64,000 nt of DNA from Bispira polyomma. Its lineage: Eukaryota. The stretch covers positions 7,440,001-7,504,000 of the forward strand of contig OZ287753.1 in assembly GCA_965649765.1 (NCBI GenBank), in the 5' to 3' direction. Below, piece by piece: positions 53,101 through 63,484 of the stretch; position 1 is the first letter of the stretch; each line of letters starts with the position of its first letter. The translations under genes and the position numbers were made by a program. A model generated the notes under the pieces. That model was not told the origin of the DNA, did no database searches, and saw only the letters and a program-made list of their open reading frames with translations.

Positions 53101-56100
53101 TCTGACCTGACCACAGTCCTGTCCACTCAAATAACAATTAAACCAGTTTGTCCACTGTATCCAGCAATCTGTCTTGAGGTCCGCTCAATGTCCACACAAT
53201 GCCTGTATCCTGCTATCCGTTCAGTGTCCATGCACACAAAATGTATATATCCAGAGAATCTGCACAACCAAGCTATCCAGTCCAGGATGCAAACACTATC
53301 CAATATGTAGTAAATCCAATCTCTGGTAGATCCACAACTTTTATCCAGTTCACTCCAATGAGTTCACCACAAAATGTATATAACAAACAGTTTATATCCA
53401 CAGTATAGTAGTTCATATAGAATTCATATAGCACCTCAGCTCCACTAACTCTCTTCTGTGGCCAGGCTGTCAACCCTTATATATACCACTGCTAGAGAAG
53501 GTTGCTAAAATGTGTAAGCAATTGCTAGGACATTCCAGAGATGAGATATACATATGAATACAACTTTAATAACCTTCAGAAATAAAATAGAACTGGTTTC
53601 TAGAATCTTAGGGGTTTCCCCAAATCTATCAATAGATCACTCCAGCAGAGTGTAAGACCATTAGTACTAACTAGACCGGATTTTCTTCAACACACCATAA
53701 TGTCCCCATATGTAACACCTCCCCCCTTAAAGAAAAATTTTGGAAGCCAAGGGGTTACAAAATTTCATATTACACAAAACATAAGTGAACATACAGTGTA
53801 CATATTGATCCATGAAACATTGTATTTTAAGTTACACAAGTAATATCCATAAGTAAACATCTAAGTTTTACAAGTTACAACTTTTCAGTTACTAACATAC
53901 AAAATAACCTTTAACTACAACTTCTTGATAGAGCATCAGCACAAATGTTATCCTTTCCTTTAACATGCTCTATTTGTAAACTGTATTCTTGCAAAACCAA
54001 ACTCCAATTCAATAGACGTCTGTTTTTGTTTTTCATTTTGTGCAAGAATACTAAAGGGTTGTGATCTGTGTACACAATAGTTGGTTTTGATGATGAAGAT
54101 ATATATATATCAAAGTGTTTAATGGCTAAAATGAGGGCTAAACATTCCTTTTCTATTGTAGAGTAATTCTTTTGATGTACGTTAAATTTTTTTGAAAAAT
54201 AACAAATGGGATGTTCAATATCTTCATCGTCAGTCTGCAGTAAAACTGCACCTGCCCCAACATCACTGGCATCCACAGCTAACCGAAATGGTCTATTGAA
54301 GTCTGGAGCAGTTAGTACAGGCTCCGAACAGAGAACATTTTTTACTTTGTCAAATGCTTTTTGACAAGTTTCAGACCAGTGATATTTTACGTTTTTTTCA
54401 AGAGCTCAGTCAGTGGAGCAGTGACATCTGAGAAATTTTTACAAAATTTCCTATAATAACCTAACATTCCCAGAAACCTCATTAAACTTTTCTTATTTCT
54501 AGGAATGGGATAGTCAATGATGCTTTCAACTTTTGCTTTAATTGGTGTCACAACTCCATGACCAACTACATGCCCTAAGTAAACAACCTTCGCTTTTACA
54601 AAGTCACTTTTCGATAGATTCACAGTAAGGTTGGCTTGCTTGAGCTGAAACAGAACTTGTTCAAGTCTTTTCAAATGTTCTTCCCAAGTATCACTAAAGA
54701 TGACAATATCATCCACATACACTTCAACCCCTTCTAAGTTCCTTAAACATATATTCATTAGTCTCTGAAATGTAGCTTGGGAATTTTTCATGCCAAATGG
54801 CATTACCTTGTACTGATACAGACCATCGGGAGTTACAAATGCTGATATTTCTTTTTCCAAAAGTTACCAAACATGGCTAAATATACTCTTCACTAGACTT
54901 GGATAATAGTCAACTTCTGATGTGGAAAAAGAGTAAAACTATTTTGAACACCACCTATATTTTGCAAATAGTTGTGTAGAATGATTTTAGAATATAAAAC
55001 CATTTCTTATATGTGCTTTAATTCTTGTGTTTGAATAAATATCAATCATTTCTAAGGAATATTTTGGGGGTCTTTCTTTGAGAGGTGTTTATAGTCTGGT
55101 CTAACTGTATTAACTAAAAGCCTTGGATATAAATAGCAATTAACATTGACAAAGAACAAGTTCGGGTCTTTCTTTAAGAAGTCTTTATAGACAGGTCCCA
55201 CTGTATTAACCATACATGAGGACAACTAAGGGAACTTCTTGGCTTCTTCATGCATATTTTATCTCATTAATGTACCTGTAAAGCCAGCAACACATTCGCA
55301 TGAGAAATCATTTACGAGATCAGTACAGACTCCTTCATTTTCACATGGCTCTGGAGCACATTCATCAATATTGGTTTCACAGGTATCACCTAAAATCACA
55401 ATTGTTAGTCATAATAATAATATACTTGTATCATTAAACTATGCTTTTCAGAACAAAATAGTAAAAGTGGGAAATTTACTATGTCACATCAATTAGTGTT
55501 TTAGTGATGTTTCTCACATAGAAATACAATCTAAAATTAAAAAGTATGATGGTCAAACATTATAAAAATAAGTAACATCAAAGAGCAGGAATTGAGAGAT
55601 TAAGCAACTACAAATATCCAGTCAGTCTATGTTTACTTGGCCATCTCAAGAAAGTTACCAAGCATGGCTAAATATACTCTTCACTAAACTTGGATAACAG
55701 TCAACTTCTGATGTGGAAAAAGAGTAAAACTATTTTGAACACAACCTATATTATGCAAATAGTTGTGCAGAATTATTTTATAAAATAAAACCATTTCTAA
55801 TATGTGCTTTAATTTTTGTGTTTAAATAAATATCAATCATTTCCAAGGAATATTTTGGGGGTCTTTCTTTGAGAGGTATTTATAGTCTGGTCTAACAGTA
55901 TCAACTAAAAGCCTTGGATATAAATAGAAATTAACATTGGGAAAGAACACATTGGGGTCTTTCTTTAAGAGGTCTTTACAATCAGGTCTCACTGTGTCAA
56001 CCATACATGAGGACAACTAAGGGAACTTCTTGGCTTCTTCATGCATATTTTTTCTCATTAATGTACCTGTAAAGCCAGCAACACATTCGCATGAGAAATC

Positions 56101-59100
56101 ATTTACAAGATCAGTACAGACTCCTTCATTTTCACATGGCTCTGGAGAACATTCATTAATATTGGTTTCACAGGTATCACCTAAAATCACAATTGTTAGT
56201 CATAATAATAATATATTTGTATCATTAAACTATGCTTTTCAGAACAAATTAGTAAAAGTGGGCAATTTACTCTATGTCACATCAATTAGTGATTCAGTGA
56301 TGTTTCTCACATAGAAATACAATCTAAAATTAAAAAGTATGACGGTCAATCATTAAAATAAATAAGTAACATCAAAGAGCAGGAATTAAGAGATTTAGCA
56401 ACTACAAATATCCAGTCAGTCTATGTTTACTTGGCCATCTCAAGAAAGTTACCAAGCATGGCTAAATATACTCTTCACTAGACTTGGATAATAGTCAACT
56501 TCTGATGTGGAAAAAGAGTAAAACTATTTTGAACACCACCTATATTTTGCAAATAGTTGTGTAGAATGATTTTAGAATATAAAACCATTTCTTATATGTG
56601 CTTTAATTCTTGTGTTTGAATAAATATCAATCATTTCTAAGGAATATTTTGGGGGTCTTTCTTTGAGAGGTGTTTATAGTCTGGTCTAACTGTATTAACT
56701 AAAAGCCTTGGATATAAATAGCAATTAACATTGACAAAGAACAAGTTCGGGTCTTTCTTTAAGAAGTCTTTATAGACAGGTCCCACTGTGTTAACCATAC
56801 ATGAGGACAACTAAGGGAACTTCTTGGCTTCTTCATGCATATTTTATCTCATTAATGTACCTGTAAAGCCAGCAACACATTCGCATGAGAAATCATTTAC
56901 GAGATCAGTACAGACTCCTTCATTTTCACATGGCTCTGGAGCACATTCATCAATATTGGTTTCACAGGTATCACCTAAAATCACAATTGTTAGTCATAAT
57001 AATAATATACTTGTATCATTAAACTATGCTTTTCAGAACAAAATAGTAAAAGTGGGAAATTTACTATGTCACATCAATTAGTGTTTTAGTGATGTTTCTC
57101 ACATAGAAATACAATCTAAAATTAAAAAGTATGATGGTCAAACATTATAAAAATAAGTAACATCAAAGAGCAGGAATTGAGAGATTCAGCAACTACAAAT
57201 ATCCAGTCAGTCTATGTTTACTTGGCCATCTCAAGAAAGTTACCAAGCATAGCTAAATATACTCTTCACTAAACTTGGATAACAGTCAACTTCTGATGTG
57301 GAAAAAGAGTAAAACTATTTTGAACACAACCTATATTATGCAAATAGTTGTGCAGAATTATTTTAAAAAATAAAACCATTTCTAATATGTGCTTTAATTT
57401 TTGTGTTTAAATAAATATCAATCATTTCCAAGGAATATTTTGGGGGTCTTTCTTTGAGAGGTATTTATAGTCTGGTCTAACAGTATCAACTAAAAGCCTT
57501 GGATATAAATAGAAATTAACATTGGGAAAGAACACATTGGGGTCTTTCTTTAAGAGGTCTTTACAATCAGGTCTCACTGTGTCAACCATACATGAGGACA
57601 ACTAAGGGAACTTCTTGGCTTCTTCATGCATATTTTTTCTCATTAATGTACCTGTAAAGCCAGCAACACATTCGCATGAGAAATCATTTACAAGATCAGT
57701 ACAGACTCCTTCATTTTCACATGGCTCTGGAGAACATTCATTAATATTGGTTTCACAGGTATCACCTAAAATCACAATTGTTAGTCATAATAATAATATA
57801 TTTGTATCATTAAACTATGCTTTTCAGAACAAATTAGTAAAAGTGGGCAATTTACTCTATGTCACATCAATTAGTGATTCAGTGATGTTTCTCACATAGA
57901 AATACAATCTAAAATTAAAAAGTATGACGGTCAATCATTAAAATAAATAAGTAACATCAAAGAGCAGGAATTAAGAGATTTAGCAACTACAAATATCCAG
58001 TCAGTCTATGTTTACTTGGCCATCTCAAGAAAGTTACCAAGCATGGCTAAATATACTCTTCACTAGACTTGGATAATAGTCAACTTCTGATGTGGAAAAA
58101 GAGTAAAACTATTTTGAACACCACCTATATTTTGCAAATAGTTGTGTAGAATGATTTTAGAATATAAAACCATTTCTTATATGTGCTTTAATTCTTGTGT
58201 TTGAATAAATATCAATCATTTCTAAGGAATATTTTGGGGGTCTTTCTTTGAGAGGTGTTTATAGTCTGGTCTAACTGTATTAACTAAAAGCCTTGAATAT
58301 AAATAGAAATTAACATTGACAAAGAACAAGTTCGGGTCTTTCTTTAAGAAGTCTTTATAGACAGGTCCCACTGTATTAACCATACATGAGGACAACTAAG
58401 GGAACTTCTTGGCTTCTTCATGCATAATTTATCTCATTAATGTACCTGTAAAGCCAGCAACACATTCGCATGAGAAATCATTTACAAGATCAGTACAGAC
58501 TCCTTCATTTTCACATGGCTCTGGAGCACATTCATTAATATTGGTTTCACAGGTATCACCTAAAATCGCAATTGTTAGTCATGATAATAATATACTTGTA
58601 TCACAAACTATGCTTTTCGGTGACGGGAGCAAGCGCGGTAGCAATTACCGGTTGCTTTGAGGTTGTAACAGGAAAAGACAAAAAGTTTCACTTAACAAAT
58701 TTATTTTAACAAATAAAATAACAATTACAGAATTACAAAATTATACAATTACAAAATTACAAAATTACAGTCAACTGAGATACCCTTAATAGCTCACACA
58801 ATAATACAATAATGAAATCAATCTGACCTGACCACAGTCCTGTCCACTCAAATAACAATTAAACCAGTTTGTCCACTGTATCCAGCAATCTGTCTTGAGA
58901 TCCGCTCAATGTCCACACAATGCCTGTATCCTGCTATCCGTTCAGTGTCCACGCACACAAAATGTATATATCCAGAGAATCTGCACAACCAAGCTATCCA
59001 GTCCAGGATGCAAACACTATCCAATATGTAGTAAATCCAATCTCTGGTAGATCCACAACTTTTATCCAGTTCACTCCAATGAGTTCACCACAAAATGTAT

Positions 59101-62100
59101 ATAACAAACAGTTTATATCCACAGTATAGTAGTTCATATAGCATTCATATAGCACCTCAGCTCCACTAACTCTCTTCTGTGGCCAGGCTGTCAACCCTTA
59201 TATATACCACTGCTAGAGAAGGTTGCTAAAATGTGTAAGCAATCGCTAGGACATTCCAGAGATGAGATATACATATGAATACAACTTTAATAACCTTCAG
59301 AAATAAAATAGAACTGGTTTCTAGAATCTTAGGGGTTTCCCCAAATCTATCAATAGATCACTCCAGCAGAGTGTAAGACCATTAGTACTAACTAGACCGG
59401 ATTTTCTTCAACACACCACAATGTCCCCATATGTAACACCTCCCCCCTTAAAGAAAAATTTTGGAAGCCAAGGGGTTACAAAATTTCATATTACACAAAA
59501 CATAAGTGAACATACAGTGTACATATTGATCCATGAAACATTGTATTTTAAGTTACACAAGTAATATCCATAAGTAAACATCTAAGTTTTACAAGTTACA
59601 ACTTTTCAGTTACTAACATACAAAATAACCTTTAACTACAACTTCTTGATAGAGCATCAGCACAAATGTTATCCTTTCCTTTAACATGCTCTATTTGTAA
59701 ACTGTATTCTTGCAAAACCAAACTCCAATTCAATAGACGTCTGTTTTTGTTTTTCATTTTGTGCAAGAATACTAAAGGGTTGTGATCTGTGTACACAATA
59801 GTTGGTTTTGATGATGAAGATATATATATATCAAAGTGTTTAATGGCTAAAATGAGGGCTAAACATTCCTTTTCTATTGTAGAGTAATTCTTTTGATGTA
59901 CGTTAAATTTTGTTGAAAAATAACAAATGGGATGTTCAATATCTTCATCGTCAGTCTGCAGTAAAACTGCACCTGCCCCAACATCACTGGCATCCACAGC
60001 TAACCGAAATGGTCTATTGAAGTCTGGAGCAGTTAGTACAGGCTCCGAACAGAGAACATTTTTTACTTTGTCAAATGCTTTTTGACAAGTTTCAGACCAG
60101 TGATATTTTACGTTTTTTTTCAAGAGCTCAGTCAGTGGAGCAGTGACATCTGAGAAATTTTTACAAAATTTCCTATAATAACCTAACATTCCCAGAAACC
60201 TCATTAAACTTTTCTTATTTCTAGGAATGGGATAGTCAATGATGCTTTCAACTTTTGCTTTAATTGGTGTCACAACTCCATGACCAACTACATGCCCTAA
60301 GTAAACAACCTTCGCTTTTACAAAGTCACTTTTCGATAGATTCACAGTAAGGTTGGCTTGCTTGAGCTGAAACAGAACTTGTTCAAGTCTTTTCAAATGT
60401 TCTTCCCAAGTATCACTAAAGATGACAATATCATCCACATACACTTCAACCCCTTCTAAGTTCCTTAAACATATATTCATTAGTCTCTGAAATGTAGCTT
60501 GGGAATTTTTCATGCCAAATGGCATTACCTTGTACTGATACAGACCATCGGGAGTTACAAATGCTGATATTTCTTTTGCCAAAAGTTACCAAGCATGGCT
60601 AAATATACTCTTCACTAGACTTGGATAATAGTCAACTTCTGATGTGGAAAAAGAGTAAAACTATTTTGAACACCACCTATATTTTGCAAATAGTTGTGTA
60701 GAATGATTTTAGAATATAAAACCATTTCTTATATGTGCTTTAATTCTTGTGTTTGAATAAATATCAATCATTTCTAAGGAATATTTTGGGGGTCTTTCTT
60801 TGAGAGGTGTTTATAGTCTGGTCTAACTGTATTAACTAAAAGCCTTGGATATAAATAGAAATTAACATTGACAAAAAACAAGTTCGGGTCTTTCTTTAAG
60901 AAGTCTTTATAGACAGGTCCCACTGTATTAACCATACATGAGGACAACTAAGGGAACTTCTTGGCTTCTTCATGCATATTTTATCTCATTAATGTACCTG
61001 TAAAGCCAGCAACACATTCGCATGAGAAATCATTTACGAGATCAGTACAGACTCCTTCATTTTCACATGGCTCTGGAGCACATTCATCAATATTGGTTTC
61101 ACAGGTATCACCTAAAATCACAATTGTTAGTCATAATAATAATATACTTGTATCATTAAACTATGCTTTTCAGAACAAAATAGTAAAAGTGGGAAATTTA
61201 CTCTATGTCACATCAATTAGTGTTTTAGTGATGTTTCTCACATAGAAATACAATCTAAAATTAAAAAGTATGATGGTCAAACATTATAAAAATAAGTAAC
61301 ATCAAAGAGCAGGAATTGAGAGATTCAGCAACTACAAATATCCAGTCAGTCTATGTTTACTTGGCCATCTCAAGAAAGTTACCAAGCATGGCTAAATATA
61401 CTCTTCACTAAACTTGGATAACAGTCAACTTCTGATGTGGAAAAAGAGTAAAACTATTTTGAACACAACCTATATTATGCAAATGGTTGTGCAGAATTAT
61501 TTTAAAAAATAAAACCATTTCTAATATGTGCTTTAATTTTTGTGTTTAAATAAATATCAATCATTTCCAAGGAATATTTTGGGGGTCTTTCTTTGAGAGG
61601 TATTTATAGTCTGGTCTAACTGTATCAACTAAAAGCCTTGGATATAAATAGAAATTAACATTGGGAAAGAACACATTGGGGTCTTTCTTTAAGAGGTCTT
61701 TACAATCAGGTCTCACTGTGTCAACCATACATGAGGACAACTAAGGGAACTTCTTGGCTTCTTCATGCATATTTTTTCTCATTAATGTACCTGTAAAGCC
61801 AGCAACACATTCGCATGAGAAATCATTTACAAGATCAGTACAGACTCCTTCATTTTCACATGGCTCTGGAGAACATTCATTAATATTGGTTTCACAGGTA
61901 TCACCTAAAATCACAATTGTTAGTCATAATAATAATATATTTGTATCATTAAACTATGCTTTTCAGAACAAATTAGTAAAAGTGGGCAATTTACTCTATG
62001 TCACATCAATTAGTGATTTAGTGATGTTTCTCACATAGAAATACAATCTAAAATTAAAAAGTATGACGGTCAATCATTAAAATAAATAAGTAACATCAAA

Positions 62101-63484
62101 GAGCAGGAATTAAGAGATTTAGCAACTACAAATATCCAGTCAGTCTATGTTTACTTGGCCATCTCAAGAAAGTTACCAAGCATGGCTAAATATACTCTTC
62201 ACTAGACTTGGATAATAGTCAACTTCTGATGTGGAAAAAGAGTAAAACTATTTTGAACACCACCTATATTTTGCAAATAGTTGTGTAGAATGATTTTAGA
62301 ATATAAAACCATTTCTTATATGTGCTTTAATTCTTGTTTGAATAAATATCAATCATTTCTAAGGAATATTTTGGGGGTCTTTCTTTGAGAGGTGTTTATA
62401 GTCTGGTCTAACTGTATTAACTAAAAGCCTTGGATATAAATAGAAATTAACATTGACAAAGAACAAGTTCGGATCTTTCTTTAAATAGTCTTTATAGACA
62501 GGTCCCACTGTATTAACCATACATGAGGACAACTAAGGGAACTTCTTGGCTTCTTCATGCATATTTTATCTCATTAATGTACCTGTAAAGCCAGCAACAC
62601 ATTCGCATGAGAAATCATTTACGAGATCAGTACAGACTCCTTTGTTTTCACATGGCTCTGGAGCACATTCATTAATATTGGTTTCACAGGTATCACCTAA
62701 AATCACAATTGTTAGTCATAATAATAATATACTTGTATCACAAACTATGCTTTTCAGAACAAATTAGTAAAAGTGGGAAATTTACTATGTCACATCAATT
62801 AGTGTTTTAGTGATGTTTCTCAAATAGAAATACAATCTAAAATTAAAAAGTATGACGGTCAAACATTGAAAAATAAGTAACATCAAAGAGCAGGAATTGA
62901 GAGATTCAGCAACTACAAACATCCATTCAGTCTACGTTTACTTGACCATCTCCAGAAAGTTACCAAGCATGGCTAAATATACTCTTCACTAGACTTGGAT
63001 AATAATCAACTTCTGATGTTAAAAGGAGTAAAACTATTTGGACACCATCTATATTATGTAAATAGTTGTGTAGAATGATTTAAAAAAAATAAAACCATTT
63101 GTAATATGTGCTTTAATTCTTGTGTTTGAATAAATATCAATCATTTCTAAGGAATATTTTGGGGGTCTTTCTTTGAGAGGTATTTAGAGTCTGGTCTAAG
63201 TGTATTCACTAAAAGCCTTGGATATAATTATGAATTAACATTGAGAAGGAACACGTTGGGCTCTTTATTTAAGAGGTCTTTACAGACAGGTCGCACTGTA
63301 TTAACCATACATGAGGACAACTAAGGGAACTTCTTGGCTTCTTCATGCATATTTTATCTCATTAATGTACCTGTAAAGCCAGCAACACATTCGCATGAGA
63401 AATCATTTACGAGATCAGTACAGACTCCTTCATTTTCACATGGCTCTGGAGCACATTCATCAATATTGGTTTCACAGGTATCAC
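29017..63484 (-). CDS. Gene B (5'-partial): giant type-I membrane protein with at least 36 EGF-like repeats (fibropellin/Notch-type calcium-binding EGF), furin site, TM helix and short cytoplasmic tail
   Basis: 31 array exons plus exons 32621-32731, 32287-32457, 31985-32168, 30601-30761, 29916-30044 and 29017-29195 splice in one open frame (4469 nt, about 1490 codons in the window). The N-terminus lies beyond 64000. Confidence 0.9.
29430..29915 (-). repeat. 68-bp minisatellite, 7 units, homologous to the TM-exon 3' end plus its 5' splice site
   Basis: cacttacc (minus-strand GGTAAGTG) recurs at 29436, 29504, 29572, 29640, 29708, 29773, a variant at 29842, and the real donor at 29909. Confidence 0.92.
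29916..30044 (-). CDS. Gene B juxtamembrane and transmembrane exon
   Basis: [43 protein letters not shown]; attttaccag| and |gtaagt; phase 1-1. Confidence 0.88.
30601..30761 (-). CDS. Gene B last (atypically spaced) EGF exon
   Basis: [53 protein letters not shown]; phase 2-1, |gtgagt. Confidence 0.9.
30910..30995 (-). pseudogene. Decayed partial copy of the gene B exon 32621 3' end and adjoining intron
   Basis: Aligns to 32571-32655; encodes [10 protein letters not shown] versus [12 protein letters not shown]. Confidence 0.7.
31056..31482. mobile_element. MITE (possibly PIF/Harbinger-like) with ~20-bp TIRs
   Basis: agcctggtcacacctacacat ... atgtgtaggtatgaccaggct; no clean TSD seen. Confidence 0.75.
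31985..32168 (-). CDS. Gene B EGF exon
   Basis: [62 protein letters not shown]; phase 1-2. Confidence 0.92.
32287..32457 (-). CDS. Gene B EGF exon (correct frame absent from the ORF track)
   Basis: [57 protein letters not shown]; 171 bp, phase 1-1, |gtaaga. Confidence 0.92.
32621..32731 (-). CDS. Gene B unique calcium-binding EGF exon
   Basis: [37 protein letters not shown]; 111 bp, phase 1-1. Confidence 0.92.
32802..33005. repeat. Near-perfect 101-bp tandem duplication
   Basis: acactatatacaagaacaaag... at 32802 and 32903, one mismatch seen. Confidence 0.92.
33611..63484 (-). CDS. Gene B: 31 tandem 114-bp calcium-binding EGF exons, consensus [38 protein letters not shown]
   Basis: Exon left coordinates (each +113): 33611, 34532, 35327, 36710, 38189, 38981, 39770, 40440, 41100, 41890, 42681, 43470, 44129, 46658, 47448, 48111, 48900, 49692, 50749, 51542, 51940, 52733, 55276, 56067, 56861, 57652, 58446, 60998, 61791, 62583, 63371. 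All have ttag|GT...CAG|gta boundaries, no stops or indels, and six Cys. Confidence 0.93.
35928..36336 (-). mobile_element. tRNA-derived SINE (36086-36336) plus a tandemly duplicated 3' part (35928-36021) in an array intron
   Basis: Minus-strand head GGGGCCACGGTGGCCTCGTGGTTAG (A box) ... GAGTTCGAATCC (B box); a 158-bp local duplication spans the SINE/intron junction. Confidence 0.88.
37218..38025 (-). mobile_element. Helentron-like 3' fragment: decayed C-terminal AP endonuclease plus terminal hairpin
   Basis: [11 protein letters not shown]...[10 protein letters not shown]...HGDFNIN...GTLINLCFS...FSDH, then a stop; hairpin GTGGCCC-TTGT-GGGCCAC at 37233-37250; ends CTTG|TTTTTT. Confidence 0.72.
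44611..46480 (+). mobile_element. 5'-truncated L2 LINE inserted antisense in an array intron
   Basis: RT ORFs 44586-45302 and 45212-46336; inserted at gcaaa|tagttg of the repeat unit; (TAA)n tail. Confidence 0.96.
50115..50364 (-). mobile_element. tRNA-derived SINE, same family as 36086, with a 17-bp TSD
   Basis: TSD cactagacttggataat at 50098-50114 and 50365-50381; A and B boxes present. Confidence 0.92.
52906..54858 (-). mobile_element. Ty3/Gypsy (Gmr1-like) fragment copy 1: RT-RNaseH, PPT, 3' LTR (52951-53717)
   Basis: MPFG, YVDD, DAS and ADALSR motifs then a stop; PPT AAGGGGGGAGG abuts TGTTACA; LTR ends TGTTACA; 1-bp frameshift near 54395. Confidence 0.93.
58619..60580 (-). mobile_element. 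Ty3/Gypsy (Gmr1-like) fragment copy 2: RT-RNaseH, PPT, 3' LTR (58664-59438)
   Basis: Uninterrupted 316-aa RT-RNaseH ORF 59632-60582; same junctions as copy 1. Confidence 0.93.

Noticed and set aside
54385-54400. Programmed frameshift in Gypsy copy 1
   Set aside because: It is a T7 versus T8 homopolymer difference from intact copy 2, so a mutation or sequencing error.
53199-59194. Short ORFs MPVSCYPF... and MTAWPQKR... present twice
   Set aside because: They lie inside the duplicated LTRs and have no recognisable motifs.
29017-63484. Naming gene B Notch, Crumbs, Delta/Serrate or fibropellin
   Set aside because: No LNR or ankyrin, no laminin-G or ERLI tail, no avidin-like C-terminus, and the N-terminus is not visible. 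The count of 36 EGFs is an accident of the window edge.
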